From the NCBI GenBank assembly GCA_010909165.1, contig VJWM01000016.1, positions 62,001 to 126,000 of the forward strand: 64,000 nt of DNA, given 5' to 3'. The notes beneath the pieces were generated by a model, which did not search any database, was not told where the DNA came from, and worked only from the letters and a program-made list of their open reading frames with translations. Below are positions 10,620-21,925 of the stretch, in pieces. The stretch comes from Anthoceros angustus. Its lineage: Eukaryota > Plantae > Anthocerotophyta. The stretch's first letter is position 1. The number at the start of each line of letters is the position of its first letter. Position numbers and translations under genes: made by a program.

Positions 10620-12273
10620 AGGAGCACAAATAGTACTCAAGGGAGGAGGTGGTGACATCCAGCTCTGTGCATCATTCTGGGAAAGACCAGGGAAGAGAGC
10701 TGCTGAAACACGTCACTGGCTAGAGATAGGAGCCAAGGGAGGAGGATCTCACCTCGCCTGCAGTGCATACATGCCCACCCTCTGCAAGCAACCCAGCTGG
10801 GTGGAGATAAATCAACACCACTGCATGGCTCACACCTTCACCAGTACACAAGCAAGCTTTACACAAGGACAAAATACAACCTTCTGCTTACTTTGTGCCC
10901 GCAGCCATTTCAGCATCGATCCTTCTGGTCTGCAGCCAGTACTGATGCATCGACGACATTGAAAGCCACCCAACTGCCTGCGCAGGCTCAGTACGACCCT
11001 CAGACAATAGGCTGATAGTATGAGGAAAGAAAAACTTGTTCAACACGCACTCTCCTCCCATTGGAATATACAGGGTCAGGAATGTTTCCAAACTACACAA
11101 GAACAGTGGGGCTGGTAGCAGACACTCACATGTCCAGCCACAGAAAATGTTGCGGACAGAGGGAATTGCTAGAACGGCTACATGAATTCTTCTGACATCT
11201 GGTTGCACAGTCTCAAGCTATTTGCGCTGAATGATCCTGGCATGCAGTTCCAGTATTCAACAGGCCTGCAGAACATACACGGATGACACAAGTTGGTGCA
11301 ACCGATTTCGCATGCATGATGGGCTGCCACATCACCTTGCGCATATTCTAACCCGCCCCTCCTGTTGCATTCTTGCATACATAGACAGTGCATTTTGACT
11401 CACCCCTGTTCAGGATATACTGCTGTCAACGGGTTTCCAGTTCCCCACATCTCTTGTAGGGAATCCGTCAAATCCCCTCAGATGCGTGCCTGTTCCAAGT
11501 ACTGACACTTTGCATACGGGTCAACCAAGGAGTCTCTTCACCATCTGGAACATCAGCTTCCATTCACTTGCACCAGATTCGCTAGAGAACCTCCTGCCTA
11601 AATGGACTCCCACTCAAGGAAGGGCAGGTTCTCTGCAGCCCCTCCTTGTCACCACAACCTTACTGCAATCAATATCCCTGCAGGAATACATAGAAGCCAC
11701 TGGGCAACATGCAGTAACCCAACAACCCTTTCTCTGATCACTCACAAGCCTCTGGAGCAGGAGAACACAAACAATGTCCTCTCCTCCTGCGCCAGCCCTG
11801 GCGGGAACCGGAGACCCCGCCCGAGCTGGAGCTCGTACCAGCGATCAGACGCGGGGGTCGTAGGCAGAGGAGAGCAGGGCCGGACTCCCACTCCGACTCG
11901 CCGAGTCGTAAGCCTGCCACCAACAACATCAGTTCCCCCCTCCTGCCATCCATTCCAGCCGCTCCTGCAACAACGAGCACGCCGAATCCACGGCCGCCTT
12001 CCATGCTCAGCGCCCCGCGCGCGACCGCACCAGGCTCACAAGCGGCAGCCGATCTTGGATCTTGGCTACAATGTCCTCCGGCAGCTCTGTCACCGCTGCT
12101 TCGCTATCGCTACAGGGAATCTCCATCTCCATCCTGCCTTCAGATGCTGGATAACGAAGCACGGACTCTGCTGCCGGGTTCTTATTAGGGTACCCTGGCA
12201 AACAGCAAGCTTGGCCTTCGGCAAAGAAAACAAGGACCGCGGGTGCCACGCTTGGTTTGAGAACGAGACTCAC
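10620..12273 (-). pseudogene. Degenerate F-box protein gene
   Basis: F-box motif LPEDIVAKIQDRLPLVSLVRSRA at ~12015-12085. Downstream coding-like sequence is broken by stops and frameshifts, and its 3' part is homologous to 12745-13090. Confidence 0.55.
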
Positions 12274-12574
12274 AACTCCTTTATGTTGCCAGACCTAACG
12301 GACTATGTACATACTATATGTACTCAAAATCCATTTGACTCGATTCGGAAGAAACACCTTGCCACAAAATCAACTATAAAACAAAAATGCTCGTCAGCCT
12401 GCACCAACACCAAAAGCCAGTTCTGTCTGGTATGACTCTCAACCTCTGGAGAGACACAAACCCCTGTAGCTACTCTGCTTCTCGTAATTCCTGGTCTTTT
12501 ATCTTTACGGTACACTCCACTTCAGGAAATACAAACGCACACCTCTCATGCCCTTCTCATGTCTAGACATGCAA

Positions 12575-13090
12575 ATTGCCATGGCCCTACGGAACCCAAG
12601 CATTTGGTTCTCATACGCTTGCCCTGCCCCGGTAGAAGCTTCAATCCCACCAGGCTGTAGGGTGAATCTCGCACTGCTGAAATGACCAGTGCCATGACAG
12701 TATGCGATCCACTCAACCGAACCACATTCGAGGATGCAGCCAGAGGAGCACAATTATTGATCCAAAGAGAAGGAGGTACCGGTGGTGGTATCCCTCACTA
12801 CCCCATTCTGGAAAAGACCTGGGACAAGAGCTGATGAAGTCACATGTAACTGGCTAGGGGTAAGGGCAAGGGAAGCAGGATCTCGCCTCGCCAGTGCATG
12901 CCCATCCTCTGCAAGCAACCCAGCTTGATGGAGAACTCCACTGCGTGGCTCGCACCTTCGCCCGCACACAGGCAAGCATACAACCTTGTTGCTTATTTCG
13001 TGCTCACAGCCATTTCAGCATCCATCCTTTTGGTCTTCTACAGCCCAGTTACAATGATGCATCGACGACCTTCAAATCCACCCAACGCAG
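12575..13090 (-). repeat. Paralogous fragment of the 3' region of the F-box pseudogene (uninterrupted version of 6240-6490 plus 10620-10980)
   Basis: Shared strings include GGAACCCAAG(A/C)ATTTGGTTCTCATA, ATGACCAGTGCCAT, GAGGATGCAGCCAGAGG and CTCTGCAAGCAACCCAGCT. Confidence 0.75.
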
Positions 13091-14011
13091 GCTTCCATTT
13101 CTACCCAGAGGTGCAGCGTACATCACGAACTAACATAACATCTGTTCTAGGGTTGCAGGGACAGGTCAAGTGAAGTGCACACAAAGGTCCTGCAGGTCAA
13201 GGTCAGGTCAGGTGACATGTGATCCAGATATGCGGGCTGCTAGCAGTAAACGTAAACCGGGCCAGGAGGACAACACTGTGCAGCAGTTGGAGGAAATGTA
13301 TGCATGTACCTACTGGAGAAGCAGCTCCCGGCAACAATGGGGGGCCAACCGTGACGTGCTTGCCGAGTTCGAGCACAATCGTTGTACTGGACTGCACTGC
13401 ACTGCTGGTTGTGTGCGTGTGTGTGTTTGCTTGATATTTTGATTTGATGATAATTATTGATGAGCCTCACGCTTGATGCATCGATCCCCCTCCTCGCAAG
13501 CCGAAACCAGCTTCACATCTGCGATGCATCCACAAACATTTTCCCCACAAGATTTGAGCCTGACGCACACAGCAGTGAGCCTGTGAGGAAAGGGTACGAG
13601 AAGAAGTCCCATGAGAGCCTGAGTTAGTGAGGGCTAATCCGAGCCCAAGCCCGATCCCCTCTCTCAAAAGAACCAGGAGCGGTAATGGCGCCCCCACAGT
13701 TCCCATAGTGCCATTTGCCAGCCACTCGCAAGTTGCGAGGTGGCTCTGGTCCTGGCTGCGCAGTCAAAGATGGGAGCCAATTTTGTGTTGTCCGCATGTC
13801 AGGAATGGCGGATTCATTACAATTAATATATGTATTTGATGTGGTTTGAAGGGCCTGACTCGCATGCGAGCGAACATGCCTTTGTGCTGCCCCTCGACTA
13901 CATCGTCTCGTGCCGCGGCCCGCGACCGAGACCGGCCGGGGCTGGGATATCCCTGCCTCTTCACGACGCGGAGGCGAAGACCAACCAGCCAGCGGAGTCG
14001 AGCTCGTGGGG

Positions 14012-15346
14012 ATGGCGACCATGGAGGCTGCCTTCCGCGCCGGGGCGATGGCCGCGAGGTGGCCGCCGCCCTCGGGCTCGCCCTCGCCCGACCCCGGGGC
14101 CTGCAGGCTCAGGCTCAGGCTGCGGCTGCGAGTGAAGCTGGGGCTGGATGTATTGCCGATGCGCATCGCCTTCGCGCAGGGGCGGGGGAGGAAGGCGGCG
14201 GTGGCCACGGCCATGGCGGGCGGCGGCAGCGGCACGCGCACCACGGCCGTGCCCGGCTTCACGCAGCTCGGGGAGGAGGTTCCGGAGGGGCTGACGCTCG
14301 GGGAGGTGGTGCGGTCGCTGCCCAAGGAGGTGTTCGAGGTGGACCACCGGAAGGCGTTCCGGAGCGTGGCCATCACGGTGGGCGCGGTGGCGGCGGGGTA
14401 CGCGGCGCTGGCCGTGGCGCCGGCCTGGCTCTACCCGGGGGTGTACGCCTTCCTGGGGACGGCGGTGACGGGGATGTTCGTGGTGGGGCACGACTGCGGC
14501 CACAACTCCTTCTCCCGATCGCAGCTGGTGAACGACGTGGTGGGCACGCTCATGATGGCGCCGCTCATGTACCCGTTCGAGGCGTGGCGGATCAAGCACA
14601 ACGCGCACCACGCGCACACCAACAAGCTGGTGATGGACACGGCGTGGCAGCCCTTCCGCCCGCACCACTTCCGGAGTGCCGGGCCCGGCCCGCGCCTGCT
14701 CATGCGCGCGGCCATGGGCCCCTTTTGGTGGGCGGCGTCCATCGGCCACTGGCTGCTCTGGCACTTCGACGTCGCCAAGTTCCGGCCCGCCGAGCGGGCC
14801 AGGGTCGCTGTGAGCCTGGCGGCGGTGGCGGCGTTCGGGCTGCTGGTCCTGGCCCCGCTGCTGCTGCTCGCGGGCCCCGTGGCCTTCGTCAAGTGGTGGC
14901 TGCTGCCTTGGCTGGGATTCCACTTCTGGATGAGCACCTTCACGCTGCTGCACCACACGGCGCCCCACATCCCCTTCAAGCGCGCCAGGGAGTGGGACGC
15001 CGCCGCCGCGCAGCTCAACGGGACCGTGCACTGCGACTACCCGGCCTGGGTCGACTTCCTCTGCCACGACATCAGCGTGCACATCCCGCACCACATCTCC
15101 TCCAGGATCCCCAGCTACAACCTCCGCAAGGCCTACCGATCGCTGCAGCAAAACTGGGATCGCCACCTCAACAAGGCTGTCTTCGGCGTGCCCCTCATCG
15201 TCACTGTCCTCTCCCACTGCAATCTCTTCGATGTGGAGGAGGGCAAGTGGGTGCCCTTCCCGGCTCGGGGCCGGGGCCGGGGCCGCCACCGCCCTCCTCA
15301 TGAAGCCATCACCTCCACTGATTCCCACTCCGCACCGAACCTGTAA
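14012..15346 (+). CDS. FAD6: Plastid-type omega-6 (delta-12) fatty acid desaturase, FAD6-like, intronless (444 aa from ATG 14012)
   Basis: Three His boxes HDCGH, HNAHH and HIPHH. FAD6-like segments GFTQLGEEVPEGLTLGEVVRSLPKEVFE, DTAWQP, FWMSTFT and QLNGTVHCDYP. The Ala/Arg-rich N-terminus resembles a transit peptide. Confidence 0.92.
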   Translation: MATMEAAFRAGAMAARWPPPSGSPSPDPGACRLRLRLRLRVKLGLDVLPMRIAFAQGRGRKAAVATAMAGGGSGTRTTAVPGFTQLGEEVPEGLTLGEVVRSLPKEVFEVDHRKAFRSVAITVGAVAAGYAALAVAPAWLYPGVYAFLGTAVTGMFVVGHDCGHNSFSRSQLVNDVVGTLMMAPLMYPFEAWRIKHNAHHAHTNKLVMDTAWQPFRPHHFRSAGPGPRLLMRAAMGPFWWAASIGHWLLWHFDVAKFRPAERARVAVSLAAVAAFGLLVLAPLLLLAGPVAFVKWWLLPWLGFHFWMSTFTLLHHTAPHIPFKRAREWDAAAAQLNGTVHCDYPAWVDFLCHDISVHIPHHISSRIPSYNLRKAYRSLQQNWDRHLNKAVFGVPLIVTVLSHCNLFDVEEGKWVPFPARGRGRGRHRPPHEAITSTDSHSAPNL

Positions 15347-16250
15347 CCTTCTCCTCACTCACTCACAATTGTTCCTTGCACTTGTTCCAGGCTAGCCTTT
15401 GATCCACTCCACGTCGCGCTCTCACACGCTTCTGGTTTGATTCAGTAAATGAGTACCTACTATCGGGGATGGAGAACCCGGCATAGGCCTAGGCATAGGC
15501 ATGGCATGCAATAAGCCTGCTGGAACGGAGAGCCGTCTCTCGGCCTACTCATCTGTGTGATCTCCTGAAACCCGTTTGGGCCGCCCACACCTGCAAAGGC
15601 GCGTACGCACCTCATCTCCAGCTGCTTCTGCCTCTGCTTCAGCTTTTGGGTTTTCAATTACCCCTGTGTTTACTAGCGTATAACTTGTGCCGGTTCTCTT
15701 TGCCGCTTCTTCAAGTCGCACGTTCCTCGCGCAACCTAGATCTGCAGCTCCTCCCATTGGCATCAATTACAAACCATCTTCTTACATACATATACCTATC
15801 TAGCTTCTCCTCTTTTTCAATCAGTCCAAGGTATTCTTAGTAAGGGTATTCGGTTCTCGAGTTAAAAATTAGCTAAATCAGAAAGGAAAAAGAGTTAAAT
15901 TAAGTAGATCTCAATTATTTTAAAAATAAAAATGTTAGATTGGAAGAAGTTTATATTGGGTATCTACCTAAAAGTTGTGAAGCTTCTTATAGTTGAGGAT
16001 CTCCCTCTCAACTACATGAGGAGTAATGAGCTTTGGTATGGTAGTTATTAGTAATAGTTGGATAATAACCTATTATCTTTGTGGTACAATATAGAGTATC
16101 TTTGGATTTAATGGTATAAAATAATAATAATATATGGGGATTATGGTGTTGACCGGCGTGTGGTACAATGTAAGGAAAGGTTTGCTTAATGGGGTGTTTG
16201 TTCCCTATATAAGAACTCCGAAACTAGGCTCTATAATCTTGTCATGCATG

Positions 16251-16545
16251 TATTGTGATGCATCTTGTTTAGTGCTCACAGCTCTTCTTATAAGCTTATG
16301 TTGTGTTACTAGCTTGTTTTGTACTTACTCATTATTTTAACACTTTGCCATCCATTAATATTAGGGAACGACTATCAAAAGTACACGATATACATACTAT
16401 TATTGTGATGCATCTTGTCTAGTGCTCACAGCTCTTGTTATAAGCTTATGTTGTGCTACTAGCTTGTTTTGAACTTACTCAATATTCTAACACTTTGCTA
16501 TTCATTAATATTACGGAACGTCTATCAAAAGTACTGGATATACGA
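16251..16545. repeat. Tandem duplication, ~151-bp unit x2
   Basis: TATTGTGATGCATCTTGT(T/C)TAGTGCTCACAGCTCTT at ~16251 and ~16402. Confidence 0.85.
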
Positions 16546-16892
16546 CATCTTGTCATCCATTAATACTTCCAAAGAAGAAACAAAAGATGGCCAAAGAAGA
16601 AGAAGTCGTCAAGATAGAAGAAAAGGAGATGGAAAAAAAGAAAAATGATATATTTGAAGAAAAAGAGCTTGTTGGAGTGGAAAAAAACGAGATGCCTGAG
16701 AAGAAAGAAGAAATTGTTGAGGTTTCACGAGGAGAAATAGTTCAACCTTTATCCGCCTCATTGGATGAGGCACTTAGTCTTTGGTATCAGACCACAACTG
16801 AAAGATTCAGAGACGGGTAACTTCATTCTACCTCACCGACTTTTTCAGACTTCTTAGTTTTCCTTTCTATTTTCATGTCTAAATTTAAGTAG

Positions 16893-17076
16893 GAATATAA
16901 GATGTCTTAATACATCCAATGACTCTACAAATATTCAGGGAAGAAGAGAAAATTGATGCAAAAAAAAAAAACCCAAGGGCATACTTACTGAATTCAACCC
17001 TAAATTTGGTTTAAGAATCAAAAAATTCTATTCCAAGTCTTAAATATTAAGCATAAAGTGAGTTAGTATGCTAGTG
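16893..17076. repeat. Diverged dispersed direct repeat; second copy at ~28132-28375
   Basis: AATATAAGATGTC..AATACATCCAATGACT...AAGTCTTAAATATTAAG...TAAAGTG.GTTAG..TGCTAGT occurs in both places. Confidence 0.7.
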
Positions 17077-18639
17077 AATCGTTAGGGAGGATAACGCCTC
17101 ACTTACTCTTGAGTATGTATGATTGATTATACACGAAAGAAGACCTCATAGATTTGTCCCTATTAATTGAGGCCGTGCAATGCAATAATGTATGTTGTAA
17201 CTAATTTGTAGTTTTCAAATACCAAAACTAAAAACATGAAATCAAAATTGTTATTGCAATATGAGCTTAGAGAGCCCATAAGCCTAAGCTACTTAAAGTA
17301 GCTTATAAGCGTATGAAGCCCATATGCTGTGGCTAACACTGTAAAAAACAAGTTCTTGCAACTTAGCTAAGACACACGCTTGATGATCATATATTAGGAT
17401 CATCTTTAGATTAGAGTATGTTTCATCAATACATTAGGTTTTGTTTGCAGCTTACAGACAATGACCTCCATTCATTGGGAGCATACGATGAAAGATCTAG
17501 TGCCCTGCTGGAAATGGAGAGTTGTCTCTTAGCCTGCTAATTCGGGTGATCCCCTTGGCCAGTGGCACGGTAGGTATCGTTGTAGGTATCTGATGGAGCA
17601 GCACGAGGAGGCGTGGCTGCTGCTTGGGAGTGAGTTGTGGTAACCCTAGTTGTTTGAGAGAATTTGGGTGTGTGAAGAGGTGTGTGCTGGTGCCTTGGAA
17701 GCTGGTTTCATGTTAAACGGAAGTCTCATGGGACGAAACCTATTGTACGTAGCGACAATAGGATAATTGTGGCCATTAGAGGGTAGTCTTGGGAGTCCCA
17801 AGGTCTTCCTCCCACAGCTTTGGCGCCGTTTCCAAGGACTTCCTTGCTTTAACAAGTTGCTGGTGAAAGAGACATGAGTGTGCTTGCAGATGTCTAGTCG
17901 AGGGAGAGGAGGAAGGAATTTTTGTGCAGGAGTTGAGAGGAGATTGCCCCGCCTTTATCTGCAAGGGATTTGCGAGCTGAACGGAGGAATCGTGTGCGAG
18001 AAGAAAGTTTGGTTGTGGGTGCACCACGTGTAGAGGAGGAGAGAGCTCTTGCGGAAAAAGAGAGGAGGAGAGGGCTCTTGCGGAGGAAAGAGCGGAGGAG
18101 ATAGCTCTTGGAGGAAAGAGCGGAGGAGAGAGCTCTTGTGGAGAAGGCTGCATTTGCTAACATCTTCAAGGGTACCGTTGAGGAAGGAGAGGTAGCTACT
18201 AGTGGAGGGGAGAAAGTCGAGCTCACTGACAACGAGAGGAAGGAGGTTGTCGCAGAGGAATTGCTAATCGAGGGTGAGGATCCAGAGTACGAGTCTGTAG
18301 CTAGTAATTTTCGAAGTGCTTTCTCTGTTCCTATAAGAGAACTTTTGCGACGCCCTGAAGTGCGCCATGGCGAAGAGGGCCCTCTGCGACGAGGACTAGG
18401 CATAGGGACTCTATCTACCTAATCCCCATCGCCGAGTCTTTTTCACGTCACACATATCTCGAGCTGACTGGATCTGTGGCTCCCCCCATTGGTATCAACA
18501 AACGATCTTCTTATTATATATGTACCTTCTTCTCTTTTTCAGGCAACTTTTGGACTTTTAAAGATCAAAATTAAACTGCATACTAAAATTGAGGGTTGTA
18601 TATCCCGTTTGCAACTTATGGGTAGATAATGACAATGAC

Positions 18640-19024
18640 TGTCACATGGGTGACCATCCCGAATCCTCAGCCGGCACAGTCACAAGGGGCAGGAACCTTG
18701 GCCGTAAGTTGGGGACCTAGGTCAGAGTGGGGGCAGCTAGGGCAACCCCTTTTTCGTCCGAGGAGAGGCAGGCCTGGCCCGGATCGTAGCTCGGCATGCC
18801 GTTCGTAATAAGGCCTCGTAAACTAGGTTAACCCGAAATACATAGATGAATAGTCGGTTTAGATAAATAATTAGCTTAGTATAGTTCCAACCGTATTAGT
18901 TAGGAAATACTTCTTGACACATAACTTGAATACCCTATATGTACACTACATCACAGCAACAAAGACAGCTTGTTCCAGGCTCATTTGCTTCCAAGGTCCA
19001 CAGCACGGATCGAGGCTTGCAACA
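18640..19024 (+). repeat. 5' LTR (385 bp)
   Basis: TGTCACATGGGTGACC...GAGGCTTGCAACA; matches 26946-27337 except for a noisy ~100-bp patch. Confidence 0.95.
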
Positions 19025-19026
19025 TT

Positions 19027-19038
19027 TGGTATCAGAGC
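19027..19038 (+). promoter_or_regulatory. Primer-binding site complementary to initiator tRNA-Met
   Basis: TGGTATCAGAGC, 2 nt after the 5' LTR. Confidence 0.9.
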
Positions 19039-19097
19039 GCGCGATCCCCAGGCATCCAGATCTTTGCCAACGGGAATCTGTGGGCTATAGGCCAAGG

Positions 19098-21925
19098 ATG
19101 AGTGACCGACTGTCCCCACGGGAGGTGGAGATGCAAATCTCCAGCGGCAGCGAGGACGACCTGCTCTCCGAAGGGATTGCTGATCGAGTGCGCCTCAGAG
19201 GTAGGCAGCGCCCACCTCCCTCTCGCCGCGATCTGCTGACAGAAGTCCGGGTGCTCGGACGGGAGCCTGCAGTAGAAACGGAGGGTCAGATTCGGAGGCG
19301 GAACAAGATCGCCCTCCGGCGGCAAGCGGCAGCAGAACGAGCAGCGGCCAGCTTACCGGAGGAAGGAGGCGAGACGGACGCCGCGGGTGGAATGGCGGAT
19401 TATGCCACCGATCCGCCCGCGGCCCGGGCGAGCCGCGCAAAGCCCGAGGTGGCGCGTCCTCCCTCACAACCGCCGACATCCGGCCTCCTGTTCAGACCAC
19501 GCCCGACGAAGAGCAACAAGAACCGGACGCGGGTGGAAGCCCGAGGTGGCGGCGCCCGCCGTTGGCGATCCCGCACTCGGATCTCGAAAACTGTGAAAGG
19601 TCAGGAATTCCACGCCTGTCGAGGACACCGGATGCAGGTTGTAGAGTCAGCCCTCAATCGGGTGGAAGCCCGATGGGAGGAAGGGCAGAGCCGCCTCGAG
19701 CGCCAGCTCCAAGGCGTGCTCGAGCCCTCGACGGCTGCGCATCGCTCACTGCGGCACCAATGATCGCTCCCCATCCGGCACTGCCAGCGCCCGTGAAGAC
19801 TCACCGCTTGGCAACAGCCCCATGCTGCATCACCGGATCGGTGAATCGTGAGAAGAGGAGAAGCGGCGAGTAGCAAACCACGACCAACCCGAGTATGGAC
19901 GAAGATCACCTCCGAAAGTTGGTGGTCGAACCGCCGGAGAAGGGAGAACAAGGACATCAAAGCCCTTGTCCGCCGCCTGCAACTCCTCCGCTATGAGCAC
20001 TGGGAGGCACAAAAGGGTAAGGCTTACCAAGACCAAGTGGAATCGCTGGGGGAGGATCCCATCTTCAAACCGCGAGCACAGCTGGACAAAGAGCTCCAAA
20101 GGAAGATCAGAACCACGACATTCAACGGGAATGAAAAAGACGCTCAAGCGGTGCATGACTGGCTCGATAAGCTGGACAAATACCTGAGTGCCACAGAAAA
20201 GGATGACCAGCAGAAGATCCAATTTTGTGTGATGTCCCTTGAGGGATACGCCTATCGATGGTGGCGGCAGCGGGAGAAGCAGGTCGAGTTAGGCATGGAG
20301 GCCCCGATCTACACCTGGCCCACGTTCCGCCAGGTCTTCTTGGAACACTTCCTGCCAGTAAACCATCGCCGGGAATTATATCACCAGTTCTGGAAAATCC
20401 AACAGCAAGGCACTGTGCAGGAGTACTGCGACAAATTTCTACAACTCACACTAGACATGCCTCGCCTCGACGAGGAACAGAAGATTGAGAAATTCATTGA
20501 CGGACTCAAGTCCGACCTCAGCCAGATCAACCACCAATCCGGACCTGGTGGATGCCATGAAGGCGCCATAAATTATGGTAGTAACAAGTACAAGCGAACG
20601 CAGCCGGCCCCGCCAAGCCTGATGGGGTCGTCATGCGTGAGTGCAGAGAAAAGCCCGTCTTCAAGATCCTTACTAAGAGGAAAGGAAAAATACCATGAGC
20701 GACGATGTGTTTTGCACCTCGACCGAAACGCCTCAAAACTCCCTCACCGCGACTTCATCAAATGGCTGAAGAGACAGCCACACGAACCCGCCACATCGGC
20801 ACCGGCGTGAAGAGTGGCCACTCATCAGATCAAGAGGTGGCCGACACCAAATCGTCGCAGCCTCCTCCAAACTCGCACGGTGCGAAATCGCTCCCCATCC
20901 GGCACTGCCAGCGCCCGCCGTGAAGACTCACCGCTTGGCATAACGACAGCCTGTCGACTCGGTCAAGCGGTCGGAATCGTGAGAAGGGCACCAGCAAACC
21001 AGACCCAACCCGGAGTATGGACGAAGATCACCTCCGAAAGTTGGTGGTCGAACTGCTGCCGGGAGAAGGGGAGAACAAGGACATCAAAGCCCTTGTCCGC
21101 CGCCTGCAACTCCTCCGCTATGAGCACTGGGAGGCACAAAAGGGTAAGGCTTACCAAGACCAAGTGGAATCGCTGGGGGAGGATCCCATCTTCAAACCGC
21201 GAGCACAGCTGGACAAAGAGCTCCAAAGGAAGATCAGAACCACGACATTCAACGGGAATGAAAAAGACGCTCAAGCGGTGCATGACTGGCGATAAAATTT
21301 GGACAAATACGGTGCCATGAAAGGATGACCAGCAGAAGATCCAATTTTGTGTGATGTCCCTTGAGGGATACGCCTATCGATGGTGGCGGCGGAGAAGCAG
21401 GTCGAGTTAGGCATGGGCCCGATCTACACACCACGTTCGCGTGTCTTCTTGGAACACTTCTCGCCAAGAAACCATCGCCGGAATTATATCACCGCCTGAA
21501 AATCCAACGGAAGGCACTGTGCGAAATCTGCGACAAATTTCTACAACTCACACATTGCCTCGCCTCGACGAGGAACAGAAGATTGAGAAATTCATTGACG
21601 GACTCAAGTCCGACCTCCGCGCAGACGTCAACCAGACCAATCCCGGGACCCTGGTGGATGCCATGAAGACTGCCATAAATTATGGTAGTAACAAGTACAA
21701 GCAGCAGAACGCAGCCGGCCCTGCCAAGCCCAGATGGGGTCAGTCGTCTGTGAGTGCAGCCGAGAAAAAGCCCGTCTTCAAGATCCTTACGGAAGAGGAA
21801 AGGAAAAAATACCATGAGCGACGCATGTGTTTTACCTCGGGCACTCCAAACCCGCCTCACCGCGACTTCATCAAATGGTCAAGGAGACAGGCCACTACAC
21901 CCCGCCGGCACCAGCGTGAAGAGTG
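19098..21925 (+). pseudogene. Retrotransposon gag region (frameshifted, tandemly duplicated with ~1.1 kb offset)
   Basis: Retrotrans_gag-like LEGYAYRWW...TWPTFRQVFLEHF...QQGTVQEYCDKF...FIDGLK; a second copy spans ~20890-21920. Confidence 0.85.

Noticed and set aside
13846-15358. Long alternative-frame and antisense ORFs over FAD6, and likewise over the extensin chimera and the P450s
   Set aside because: Shadow ORFs caused by extreme GC3 bias; no recognisable domains.
17440-18500. EERAEERAL-repeat ORF and TGGTATCA PBS-like words (~16782, ~18490) as an older host retroelement
   Set aside because: No paired LTRs, TSD or pol motifs; the repeats at 16893 and 28132 lack TG...CA ends.
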